DNA from: Candidatus Spyradenecus sp.
GTDB lineage: Bacteria > Verrucomicrobiota > Kiritimatiellia > RFP12 > DVOR01
Direction of reading: 5' to 3'
NCBI GenBank assembly: GCA_045634445.1
Contig: JAZRAG010000075.1
Span: 7,782 to 71,781 of the forward strand
DNA length: 64,000 bases
The notes below the pieces were generated by a model. That model saw only the letters and a program-made list of their open reading frames with translations, was not told the origin of the DNA and ran no database searches. Of the stretch, positions 39,980 to 49,186 are shown piece by piece. Both the position numbers and the translations under genes were made by a program. How positions within the stretch are numbered: position 1 is the first letter of the stretch; every line of letters starts with the position of its first letter.

Positions 39980-40897
39980 ATGAAAAAAGTCATTTCTTAC
40001 ATTTACTATTTATTGGTTGCGGGCTTGTGGAATCTTTATCGATTGATTCCTATCTCGTGGACGTATCGAATCGGCTGGGGTATTGCCGTTGGTTCGTTTG
40101 CGCTTTGCCGTAAATCAAAACGTGCGCTCGTGGCGATTGATAATGTAATTATTGCAGGTCTCGCAAAGACGCGTAGAGAAGCGTATTATATCGCTCGTAA
40201 CTCGTTGGGTCATTTCGTTGGTCATATTTGTGAGGCATTGCGTGCGCCGCGCCTCGTGACGCATGATAACTGGCGTGAGTATGTCTCTGTGGAAGTTTCT
40301 CCTGCGTCACAGAAGGTACTCTTTGAAGAAAAGAAGCCCTATGTTTTGGCTACGGGCCACTTGGGTGCATGGGAAGCTGCCATTGTAGCACTTACGAGCG
40401 TGCGCCCGTTGTTGGCCGTGGCTCGCATGATGGACAACCCTTATATCCAGCGCTTCTTAAATCGCAATAATTTCCGTGGCGGCGCTACGATTATTCCGAA
40501 AAGCCGTGGATTCTCAAGCTCGGTTATTCGTCAATGGCAAGAATCCAATGCTGCGTTGGCAATTTTGTTTGATCAACACGCCTCTCATGGCGCACCTGTA
40601 ACTTTCTTTGGCAACCCTGTTTCGGTGTATACCTCTCCTGCACGCTTGAGTTATAAGACTAATAGCCCGATTATCGTGGGTGGGTTCTTGCGCGCAGGCT
40701 TCAAGAAGTACAGAATGGTGGTTGTCGGTGATCCGATTTACCCAGACCTTTCAAAGCCACAAGATCAAGCAATCCAAGAATTGACTGCTGAATGTATCTC
40801 GCGCTTGGAAAAGGTTATTGCGATGGCTCCTGATCAGTATTTGTGGTTGCATCGCCGTTTCCGTGGGATCCCTGTTCCCGAAGTTCCTGAAAAATGA
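39980..40897 (+). CDS. lipid A biosynthesis (Kdo)2-lipid IVA acyltransferase family (LpxL/HtrB-like)
   Basis: N-terminal anchor, LpxL-family fold pattern; preceded by ~540 bp AT-rich region. Confidence 0.72.
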   Translation: MKKVISYIYYLLVAGLWNLYRLIPISWTYRIGWGIAVGSFALCRKSKRALVAIDNVIIAGLAKTRREAYYIARNSLGHFVGHICEALRAPRLVTHDNWREYVSVEVSPASQKVLFEEKKPYVLATGHLGAWEAAIVALTSVRPLLAVARMMDNPYIQRFLNRNNFRGGATIIPKSRGFSSSVIRQWQESNAALAILFDQHASHGAPVTFFGNPVSVYTSPARLSYKTNSPIIVGGFLRAGFKKYRMVVVGDPIYPDLSKPQDQAIQELTAECISRLEKVIAMAPDQYLWLHRRFRGIPVPEVPEK

Positions 40898-41217
40898 GTG
40901 GTTGGTATCAACCCGTAGATGATGCTCACGTCCGTCGAGAACGTACACGGGCGCGTCAATTGCGTGCATCTCCATGGTGGAAGTCGCAATTGGCAAAGGG
41001 GCTTTGTTATCATTGTGGGAAATCTTTTCCGCCAAATGAATTGACGATGGATCATTTGATTCCGGTGGCGCGTGGCGGCACTTCCACAAAGGGGAATGTT
41101 GTGCCTGCGTGCTTTGCATGTAATCAAGCGAAGGCTGCTCAAATGCCTGCGGAGCAGATTTTAGAGTCGCTAGGCTTTGATGATGACGATTTCCCGCCAG
41201 AGATGTATGATTTATAA
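40894..41217 (+). CDS. HNH endonuclease-domain protein (107 aa)
   Basis: CYHCGK...DHLIPVARGG...N...CFACN HNH zinc-finger motif; 4-bp overlap with preceding gene. Confidence 0.75.
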   Translation: MSGWYQPVDDAHVRRERTRARQLRASPWWKSQLAKGLCYHCGKSFPPNELTMDHLIPVARGGTSTKGNVVPACFACNQAKAAQMPAEQILESLGFDDDDFPPEMYDL

Positions 41218-41257
41218 AAAGGTTTTCTGTTTCTTTTGGGTTAAAGACTTTACAGTT

Positions 41258-41299
41258 AAAACAAAAAGCTCGATGGTGAACATCGAGCTTTTTTGTTTT
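41258..41299. terminator. bidirectional intrinsic terminator between convergent HNH gene and panB
   Basis: aaaacaaaa-AGCTCGATG-gtgaa-CATCGAGCT-tttttgtttt. Confidence 0.85.
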
Positions 41300-41380
41300 G
41301 AAAGATGAAATAAGCTTATTTTAAAGGTGTAATTACAGCTCTAAATTTGCTTATTCAAATCAATCGTTGAATGGACGAAC

Positions 41381-42184
41381 TTATTCGTAGGCTTCTGCTG
41401 GAGCAGGGTAGGAGCCATTACCAACGGAGGACGCGTAGTCACTCAGTGCGTTTTGGACAGCTTCGCCGAGATTAGCAAAGCGACGAACAAACTTCGCAAG
41501 ACGGTTTTGGTTGAGGCCTAAGAGGTCTTGCCACACTAAGATTTGGGCATCGGTGTCAGGGCCTGCGCCAATGCCAATCACAGGAATTGAGAGCGCAGCT
41601 GCGACCTTCGCACCGAGTGCGGAAGGGATGCATTCAACCACTAATGCAAAGCAACCTGCAGCTTCAAGCATTTTGGCTTCTTCAATGAGGCGGTTTGCTG
41701 CGTCTTCATCGCGTCCTTGTACGCGGAAACCCATCGCAAGGCAGGATTGCGGCGTGAGGCCTAAATGGCCGCAAACGGGGATGCCAGCATCAACCAAGCG
41801 ACGAATCAAAGGCGCGCAGCGTTCGCCGCCTTCTAATTTTACGGCGTCTGCTCCACCTTCTTGGATAAGACGGACGGCATTGCGGAACCCTTCGTCGTCA
41901 TTTGCTTGATAGGAGCCAAACGGCATATCCACGAGTAAGAGCGAATTCTTGAGCACGCGTCCAACGCATTGAGCATGGTAGACGACGTGATCAACGGTGA
42001 CGGGCAGGGCCGTATCGTGGCCCTGCATCACGTTCCCAAGGGAGTCGCCCACCAAGACAAGCGGGAATGCGTCGCAATCCATCGCCTCAATCAGTGCCGC
42101 GCTTGTGGCGTCATAGCAGGTGACGGTGGCGAATTTACGCTTACCTTTGAGGGCGCGGATTTTGCTTGGCGTCCAATTACGCAT
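41381..42184 (-). CDS. panB: 3-methyl-2-oxobutanoate hydroxymethyltransferase
   Basis: KFATVTCYDATSA, VGDSLGNV, KLEGG motifs. Confidence 0.92.
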   Translation of the reverse strand: MRNWTPSKIRALKGKRKFATVTCYDATSAALIEAMDCDAFPLVLVGDSLGNVMQGHDTALPVTVDHVVYHAQCVGRVLKNSLLLVDMPFGSYQANDDEGFRNAVRLIQEGGADAVKLEGGERCAPLIRRLVDAGIPVCGHLGLTPQSCLAMGFRVQGRDEDAANRLIEEAKMLEAAGCFALVVECIPSALGAKVAAALSIPVIGIGAGPDTDAQILVWQDLLGLNQNRLAKFVRRFANLGEAVQNALSDYASSVGNGSYPAPAEAYE

Positions 42185-42196
42185 GATTTAACCCTC

Positions 42197-43966
42197 TTAG
42201 AAGAGTCCCTTAACCTTGCCAGTTTCTGCATCAACGTCAACACGACGATACGCCGGGTTTGCGGAAGTGCCAGGCATGAGCATGATCTTGCCAGAGACGG
42301 GGACGATGAAGCCTGCACCCTGATAGATGAGGATGTCCTGCACTTTGAGGCGCCAGCCTGTCGGGCGGCCAATCTTCGTGGCATCGTCAGAGATGGAGTA
42401 CTGGGTCTTTGCCATGCAGATGGGGAGGTTTGCAGTTTCGGGATTGGCTTCAAATGCCTTCAACTTTTCGAGTGCTGCGGGTTCATAGTCCACACCGTCG
42501 CCGCCGTAAACTTCCTTAACCTGCTTTTCAATGCGTGTGGAGAGCGGTTCGGAGAGGTCGCAGAGGAATTGGAAGTCCACGGGATCTTCGCAAGCGGCAA
42601 TGACCTGCTGAGCGAGTTCTTCGGCACCTTCACCACCCTTTTCCCAATGCTTGGAGAGGGCAAAACGGCAACCTGCTTCTTCGGTGATTTGCTTGACGAG
42701 TGCGACTTCTGCATCGGTATCGGTGTAGAAGTGGTTCAAGCACACCACAGGGCGAATGCCTGCGCGACGGATAATGTCGATGTGTGCGAGCAAGTTGGTG
42801 CGGCAACCAGCTTCAAGGAGTTCAAGATTTTCCTTCGTATAAGCTTCGTCAAGCGGAGTGCCAGGCTTGACGTCTGGGCCGCCGCCATGGCGCTTGAGTG
42901 CGCGAACGGTTGCTACGAGCACCACTGCATCGGGCTTGAGACCAGAGCAACGGCACTTGATGTTCCAGAACTTTTCAAAGCCCATATCGGAGGCGAAGCC
43001 ACTTTCGGTGACAAGGTAGTCTGCGAGTGCGCAACCCACGCGGTCTGCAACCACAGAGTTCTGGCCGATTGCGATGTTTGCGAAGGGGCCTGCATGCACG
43101 AGCACGGGCTGGCCTTCAAGGGTCTGCATCAAGGTGGGATCGAGTGCGCGGACGAGCCATGCGGTCATTGCACCGCCGACTTCCAAGTCGTCTGCAGTGA
43201 CGGGTGTGCCGTCCTTGGAGTAAGCCACGATGATCTTACCAATGCGCTTGCGCAAGTCTGCGAGGTCTGCGGCCACTGCGAGAATAGCCATCACTTCGGA
43301 GGCGACAGTGATGTAGAAGCCGGAGTCCATTTCAAAGCCATTGAGCGTGCCTGCGCCCATGCCAATGCGAATCTGACGCAAACCTTGTGCGCAGAAGTCA
43401 AGTGCCCAACGCATCTGCACACGTGCAGGGTCAATGTCTAAACGCTTCAAGCCCTTGGAAGCGAGCCATTCATCGTCGTGATTGCGTTCGTGCTGCATGC
43501 GTGCATTGAGGGCCACCATACAAAGGTTATTTGCCTTTTCAACGGCGTCAAAGTCACCCGTAAGACCGAGCGAAAGGGGCGTCAACGGAATAACCTGTGC
43601 CAAACCGCCGCCAGCAGCGCCGCCCTTGATGTTGAAGGTGGGGCCGCCAGAGGGCTGACGCAAGGTGCCGCAGCAATTCTTACCCAATCGGCCGAGGCCT
43701 TCGAGCAAGCCAACGGTGGTGGTGGTCTTGCCTTCGCCGAGCGGCGTCGGGGTGATGGCGGTCACATCGATGTACTTTGCCTTCTGCTTGCCGTTGGTGC
43801 GCTTGAGAATGGCGCGTGCATCAACTTTGGCATAGCTATTGCCGTAGGGGATGAGTTCTTCGGGCAATACACCGAGGCTTTCTGCAATCTTAGCGATGGG
43901 CTGCATGGTTTCTTCTGCTGCTTCAGCAATCTGCCAGTCTTTGAGTTTGGTAGGGTCAAGTTTCAT
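42197..43966 (-). CDS. fhs: formate--tetrahydrofolate ligase
   Basis: PTPLGEGKTTTTVGL P-loop and full-length FTHFS similarity. Confidence 0.93.
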   Translation of the reverse strand: MKLDPTKLKDWQIAEAAEETMQPIAKIAESLGVLPEELIPYGNSYAKVDARAILKRTNGKQKAKYIDVTAITPTPLGEGKTTTTVGLLEGLGRLGKNCCGTLRQPSGGPTFNIKGGAAGGGLAQVIPLTPLSLGLTGDFDAVEKANNLCMVALNARMQHERNHDDEWLASKGLKRLDIDPARVQMRWALDFCAQGLRQIRIGMGAGTLNGFEMDSGFYITVASEVMAILAVAADLADLRKRIGKIIVAYSKDGTPVTADDLEVGGAMTAWLVRALDPTLMQTLEGQPVLVHAGPFANIAIGQNSVVADRVGCALADYLVTESGFASDMGFEKFWNIKCRCSGLKPDAVVLVATVRALKRHGGGPDVKPGTPLDEAYTKENLELLEAGCRTNLLAHIDIIRRAGIRPVVCLNHFYTDTDAEVALVKQITEEAGCRFALSKHWEKGGEGAEELAQQVIAACEDPVDFQFLCDLSEPLSTRIEKQVKEVYGGDGVDYEPAALEKLKAFEANPETANLPICMAKTQYSISDDATKIGRPTGWRLKVQDILIYQGAGFIVPVSGKIMLMPGTSANPAYRRVDVDAETGKVKGLF

Positions 43967-43994
43967 AGGATTATTTCCGAATCTAGTTTTAAAT

Positions 43995-44627
43995 TTAAGG
44001 GAGGAGGGGACTTACAGCATCCCAAACGGCTGCTGCGGTGATGTCCTGCGGCGTGGTGCTATCAATTCGACGAATGCGCTGCGGATCTTGTGCTGCGAGG
44101 GCACGGAAGCCTTCTGCGAGGCGCTGATGGAAGGAGTCGCGTTCTTGTTCAAAACGGTCTGCCTTTTCATTGCGTCCAGCTACGCGGTCGCGACTTTCAT
44201 CTTGGGGAATATCCAAGAGAATGGTGAGGTCTGGCATAAGACCTTGTGTAGCGAAACCATTGATGGCGCGGAGTTCTTCCACGTTCATGCCACGGCCGTA
44301 ACCTTGGTAAGCGAAGGTCGAGTCGCAGAAGCGGTCGCTCAACACCCATTCGCCACGTTCAAGCGCAGGCAGAATCACGTTGTTGACGAGTTGTGCGCGA
44401 CTTGCCAAAAAGAGGAGCAATTCCGCTGTCGGTACAGGACTTTCGCCTGCGGTGTCAAATTGCAAGAGGCCTCGCACGGCTTCCCCGAGTTTGGTGCCGC
44501 CTGGTTCACGGGTGGTGAGCACGGGAATGCCGCGCGCCTTGAGCGCTTCGGCAAGCAACTTCAAGTGCGTGCTTTTGCCAGCGCCTTCAGGGCCTTCTAA
44601 GGTGATAAAACGTCCGCGGTTCATGGG
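43995..44627 (-). CDS. tmk: thymidylate kinase
   Basis: P-loop FITLEGPEGAGKST, DRF motif; start at MNRGRF avoids overlap with cysS. Confidence 0.87.
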   Translation of the reverse strand, partial: PMNRGRFITLEGPEGAGKSTHLKLLAEALKARGIPVLTTREPGGTKLGEAVRGLLQFDTAGESPVPTAELLLFLASRAQLVNNVILPALERGEWVLSDRFCDSTFAYQGYGRGMNVEELRAINGFATQGLMPDLTILLDIPQDESRDRVAGRNEKADRFEQERDSFHQRLAEGFRALAAQDPQRIRRIDSTTPQDITAAAVWDAVSPLLP

Positions 44628-46030
44628 GTGGCGAGGGGTTTGAGGGTTTGACCTTCCTTTGAGTCGCGCACTTGCCATCCCTTCGCAGCGAGTTCATCGC
44701 GCAAACGATCGCTTTCGGCCCAGTTCTTTGCGGCACGGGCGGCGGCGCGTTCATCGGCGAGAGCCTGAATGTCTGCGGGGATTTCGGTGCTTTCTGCGCG
44801 GCCAAAGAAGATGAAGCCGAGCACGCGGTCCATTTGACGAAGTTCTTCAAGTGCGGCAGGGGCGCCAGCGGCGGTGAGACCTGCGGTCAAAGCTGCGTTT
44901 GCGGCGCGCACGAATGCAAAGCATGCGCTGAAGGCTTCGGAGGCGTTCAAGTCGTCTGCAAGCGCCTTACCAAAAGCTTCCAATTGCGAGGGTACGCGCA
45001 CGCCATCGTCTTCGCCTGCCACCTTGGTGCGTGCGGTGAGCGCATCAACGCATTCATCCAAACGGGCCAATGCGGCGCGTGCAGCGGAGAGTGCGTCGAA
45101 GGTGAAGTTGAGGCCCTGACGGTAATGCGCATTCAAAAGCACGTAACGGATTTCGCGGCCAGTGTAACCCTTTTCCTGAAGGTCACGAAGCGTAAAAAAG
45201 TTACCCAAAGACTTTGACATCTTCTGGCCGTTGACGCGCAAGTGTGCGCAGTGCATCCACGTCTGCACAAAAGGCTTACCCGTGACGGCTTCAGCTTGTG
45301 CGGTTTCGTTTTCGTGGTGCGGGAAGAGGTTGTCAATGCCGCCGGTGTGCAAGTCAAAGCTTTCACCGAGGTATTTCATGCTCATGGCCGAGCACTCAAG
45401 GTGCCAGCCTGGGCGACCTTTACCCCATGGTGCATCCCAAACGACGTCGCCATCCTTTTCATCCCACCCTTTCCAAAGGGCGAAGTCGCCAACGCCTTCC
45501 TTTTCGTATTCATCGGCATTGATGCGGACGCCAGAACGGAGAGCCTCGCGATCAAGATGGGCGAGTTTACCATAGTTCTCATACTTTTCAACGCTGAAAT
45601 AAACCGAGCCATCTTCGCTCTTGTAGGCGATGCCCTTGTCAAAGAGCGCAGAGATGAGGTTGAGCATTTCAGGGATGTGGTCGGTCGCTGCGGGATAGAC
45701 GGCGGCGGGTTCGACGTTAAGGGTCTTCAAATCTGCAAAGAAGGCTTCAATGTAAGGCTTGGTGTATTCCTTGAGGGGAAGCTTTGCTGCCTGCGAACCG
45801 CGAATCGTCTTATCGTCCACGTCGGTAAGGTTCATCACCTGCTTCACCTTATTGCCAGCGAATTCTAATACGCGACGCAAGAAGTCTTCAAAGAGATAGG
45901 CGCGGAAGTTGCCAATGTGCGCAAAATTATAGACCGTTGGGCCGCACGTATACATGCCCACTTCACCCGGTTTCAACGTCTTAAACGGCTCAATTTGCCG
46001 CGTCATTGAATTGTAAAATTTAAGTTCCAT
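44621..46030 (-). CDS. cysS: cysteine--tRNA ligase
   Basis: HIGN and KMSKS motifs, Zn-binding Cys. Confidence 0.93.
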   Translation of the reverse strand: MELKFYNSMTRQIEPFKTLKPGEVGMYTCGPTVYNFAHIGNFRAYLFEDFLRRVLEFAGNKVKQVMNLTDVDDKTIRGSQAAKLPLKEYTKPYIEAFFADLKTLNVEPAAVYPAATDHIPEMLNLISALFDKGIAYKSEDGSVYFSVEKYENYGKLAHLDREALRSGVRINADEYEKEGVGDFALWKGWDEKDGDVVWDAPWGKGRPGWHLECSAMSMKYLGESFDLHTGGIDNLFPHHENETAQAEAVTGKPFVQTWMHCAHLRVNGQKMSKSLGNFFTLRDLQEKGYTGREIRYVLLNAHYRQGLNFTFDALSAARAALARLDECVDALTARTKVAGEDDGVRVPSQLEAFGKALADDLNASEAFSACFAFVRAANAALTAGLTAAGAPAALEELRQMDRVLGFIFFGRAESTEIPADIQALADERAAARAAKNWAESDRLRDELAAKGWQVRDSKEGQTLKPLATP

Positions 46031-46254
46031 GACAATTTCCTATTTTAAAAATAAATAAGCGTCTGAGATTATACCATAATTATAAAAGAATAGCACCATA
46101 ATTAAAAGAGATTCGCGAGAAGCGATTTCGTAGACAGTATCGGCAAAACTGCTACTTATGCGTAACGGTTAATCTCTCTTAAACTATTTTCTGATAGGGG
46201 CAGTGGAGGGGATGCGTAAAACGGCATTTTTGAAGCGTTTTAAAGGTTGAAAAG

Positions 46255-46350
46255 AAAGGGTTTTTCAAAACAACCTGAATTGACATTCAAAAAGGCTTGT
46301 TTTGCTTTTCAATAAGGCTTGTTTTAAAACGCAAAAAGGCTTGTTTTGAA
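46255..46350. repeat. three tandem AAAAAGGCTTGTTTTG units plus CAAAACAACC unit; member of the dispersed intergenic repeat family
   Basis: ttcaaaaaggcttgttttgcttttcaataaggcttgttttaaaacgcaaaaaggcttgttttgaaaa. Confidence 0.75.
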
Positions 46351-46551
46351 AATGCAGTGTTTATAGATGTTTTTGGAAGAAGCATTTTGGGGCGGTAAAA
46401 CGTGTTAACCTTCTTCAAAACCTAGTGAAAAAGGAGTGGGATAAGCGTCTGTAGCGTCGCTTAGGGAAAAGGTGGATTTTCCATTAAATAAAAGGAAGAA
46501 AAACGGGGGTGCAACTTCTAGAAAAAAGTCACGTTAAAATACGCTAAAGTC

Positions 46552-46580
46552 TTGACGGATGGCGAAAATAAGAATATACT
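46552..46580 (+). promoter_or_regulatory. candidate sigma70 promoter of the secretin/PilM operon (TTGACG-N17-TATACT)
   Basis: Consensus-like hexamers ~55 nt upstream of ATG 46633; GGAG RBS. Confidence 0.45.
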
Positions 46581-46632
46581 TTCTAACGTCAAATGGTTAA
46601 AGGGCGGGTGAAGCCCAGAAGGAGCCGTAAAA

Positions 46633-47457
46633 ATGAAGTCATGGATGATGGTTTTGTTAGCAGCACTTTGCGCTGGTACTGTAATGGCACAGAGCCGGAA
46701 TGGTAAGCAGAAGCAAGGCAAGTCAAAAAATAATGAGGCTGGCCAGTTCATTTCAATTAAGGAAATCTCTTCGGTGGGCGGTGAAAGCGATTACGCTGTG
46801 GAAGCTCCTACCACGGATGATAACTGGAAGAAGGTGAAGATCAACCACGTGGATTCCTACAAGAAGGAAGGCGCGAAGGGTTGGCACTTCTTTGAAGTTG
46901 CTTACGAAGTGGATAAGGTGGGCATTGATCCTGAGAAGAAGAAAACATTGCCGCTCTTTGTGTTGCCCGAAGTGGAAATTACCTACGCGCTCCTTTATGA
47001 TATGACCGAATCGAAGCACACCTCTTCGGTGAAATCGCAGGCGAACAAGGCTGGCGGTGCGATTGGTTGGGATAAGCCTGATCAGACGAATATTTTGTTC
47101 TCTGAAACAGTGGTTTACTCTCAAGTCACTCCTGGTCGTGTGCACTACGCAGCAGTGTGCGTCCCGCCGAATGCCGTTGTGCTTTACGGGAAACCCATCG
47201 TCTTCTCCGTGCAGATTAAGGTTGATGGAGTGCAGCAGGGCGAAATCGAAACGCAGTTCTTGGGCGGCAAGAAGATTGAAGGTAAGGAAATTACTTCCTT
47301 GTTAGTCGGCGCCAAGAAGGAAAAGATTGCTTGGTGGGAAACGATTCAGACAAAGTCTAAGACCGTGCAGAAGGTGGACAATGTGTTGCGTGACCGTTCG
47401 CAGACGCCCTTCGCATTGGTTGGCGATATGTACTATGACCAAGTGAAGGCTAAGTAA
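46633..47457 (+). CDS. secreted beta-rich protein, first gene of the pili-like cluster (positional analogue of Amuc_1102)
   Basis: Sec signal peptide MKSWMMVLLAALCAGTVMAQS; no TM thereafter. Confidence 0.6.
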   Translation: MKSWMMVLLAALCAGTVMAQSRNGKQKQGKSKNNEAGQFISIKEISSVGGESDYAVEAPTTDDNWKKVKINHVDSYKKEGAKGWHFFEVAYEVDKVGIDPEKKKTLPLFVLPEVEITYALLYDMTESKHTSSVKSQANKAGGAIGWDKPDQTNILFSETVVYSQVTPGRVHYAAVCVPPNAVVLYGKPIVFSVQIKVDGVQQGEIETQFLGGKKIEGKEITSLLVGAKKEKIAWWETIQTKSKTVQKVDNVLRDRSQTPFALVGDMYYDQVKAK

Positions 47458-47493
47458 GGTTTTCCCTAAGGATTTGAAACAGACGGATACTTT

Positions 47494-49179
47494 ATGGAAC
47501 GTATTTTAACACTTAATATCGGCGCGACGCGTCTTGCGCTTGCCGAGTTTGAGGTCAGGGCCGGTCGCGGCCCCGGCCTCTTGCGCTATGCTTTTGGCGA
47601 CTTGCCAGATGGTAGCACGGACAATCCAACCGCTTTTGCAATTGAAGTGGAGCAAGTCCTTCGTGGCATGATGGTGATGTCGGGCATTCGCCCCGGCCGC
47701 ATCCATGTGGCACTCTCTGGACAGATGGCATTCCCGCGCTTCATTAAGGTGCTTGCAGACAGTCCTGAAAAGATGGATGAACAAATCCGTTTCGAGCAGG
47801 AGCAGGCTGCACCCTTCCCCTTGACCGAAGCTATCTTCTCACACGCATTGGTCGGTGAGCCCGATGTCGGTGAACAGCATGTGATGATCATCGCTTCTCG
47901 TGAAGCGCTTGTTTCTTCCGTGACGCGTGCACTGTTGAATATGGGCTGCGAACCCGATGTGGTAGATGTTGCTCCGATTGCGCTCTACAACGCTGTGCGC
48001 TTTAACTATCCTGAAATGGATGGTTGCACCCTTGTTGTGGATATTGGTGCACGCTGCACAAACTTGGTCTTTGTGGAGCAGGATCGCATCTTCTATCGTT
48101 CGATTCCTGTCGCGGGCAATACGATTACTGCAGAAATCGCCAAGACCTTCGGTATCACCCCTGAAGAAGCTGAAGCCTTCAAGTGCGAACAGGGTATTGT
48201 GGCACAAGGTGGCGCATTTGCAGTAGATGATCCCGATGTGGACCGTCTCTCCAAGGTGATTCGTAATGTCATGACGCGTTTGAACGCAGAAGTGGCACGT
48301 TCAATCTCCTTCTATCGTAGCCAGCAGGGCGGTAGCGCACCCTCGCAGATGTTGCTCACAGGTGCCTCCTCGCAGTTGCCTTACATGCAGAACTTCTTTG
48401 AAGAAAAACTGCAGATTGCGGTTGACTTCTTGAACCCCTTCCAGACTGTGGCATTCCCCAAGCACGTGGATGCAGAACAGTTTGGCCATGACGCCTTCTC
48501 CTTGCCCGTATTGGTGGGCTTGGCCTTGCGTCGCGGCTTGACCTGCCCAGTGGAAATCAACTTGGTTTCCCAGGAAATCGTAAATCGCAAGATTTTCCGT
48601 CGTCGTTTGCCCTTCCTCGGCCTCGCAGCAGTGGGTATGGTCGCGACATTGGGCATTTGGTGGCTCTTTGTGAACAACCTCAAGAACTCTTACGAAACGC
48701 ATCAAGAAAACTTGGCATCTCGTATTAGTGACTATCAGGACCAAAAGGATCGTTACGATCGCGTAGATAAGAAGGCTAAGACTGCAGAAGCTCGTGCCGC
48801 CGCTTATCGTGCGTTGATGAAGCGCCGTGGTCAGTGGTTGGACATGATGGTGGCTATTGATGACGCCGTGCCCAATGGTCTCTGGGTGACAAGCATGAAG
48901 GCTCGTCGTCAAGACAACGTCTTACAGGGCGTGGACCTCACCGTTTCTGCTTGGAAGGATCTTGAGCCGCGTTTGGTAGAAAAGGGTAAAACCATCGCAG
49001 AAACCATTGCTAGCCGTCTTGCAACACAAGAAGTCTTCGTGGATGACGCAAAGGAAATCACAATCAGCAAAATCAATCAGAGCGTTGATTGGATGACCTC
49101 CTTTGACCTCACCGCTAAGCTTAAAGGTGTGGAAGAAGCAGCAGCTAAGACGAACAACAAGCGTCGCACCCGGAGGTAA
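47494..49179 (+). CDS. pilM: type IV pilus assembly protein PilM (actin-like ATPase fold) fused to a PilN-like TM + coiled-coil C-terminal region
   Basis: PilM pattern LNIGATRLALAE...VVDIGARCTNLVFVE...LTGASSQLP; TM FLGLAAVGMVATLGIWWLFVNNL at ~aa 385 followed by charged helical segment. Confidence 0.75.
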   Translation: MERILTLNIGATRLALAEFEVRAGRGPGLLRYAFGDLPDGSTDNPTAFAIEVEQVLRGMMVMSGIRPGRIHVALSGQMAFPRFIKVLADSPEKMDEQIRFEQEQAAPFPLTEAIFSHALVGEPDVGEQHVMIIASREALVSSVTRALLNMGCEPDVVDVAPIALYNAVRFNYPEMDGCTLVVDIGARCTNLVFVEQDRIFYRSIPVAGNTITAEIAKTFGITPEEAEAFKCEQGIVAQGGAFAVDDPDVDRLSKVIRNVMTRLNAEVARSISFYRSQQGGSAPSQMLLTGASSQLPYMQNFFEEKLQIAVDFLNPFQTVAFPKHVDAEQFGHDAFSLPVLVGLALRRGLTCPVEINLVSQEIVNRKIFRRRLPFLGLAAVGMVATLGIWWLFVNNLKNSYETHQENLASRISDYQDQKDRYDRVDKKAKTAEARAAAYRALMKRRGQWLDMMVAIDDAVPNGLWVTSMKARRQDNVLQGVDLTVSAWKDLEPRLVEKGKTIAETIASRLATQEVFVDDAKEITISKINQSVDWMTSFDLTAKLKGVEEAAAKTNNKRRTRR

Positions 49180-49186
49180 GTAATTT

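Noticed and set aside
41969-43441. 490-aa Cys/His/Gly-rich plus-strand ORF
   Set aside because: It is antisense to formate-tetrahydrofolate ligase (fhs), whose translation is unambiguous. The plus ORF is compositionally biased junk.
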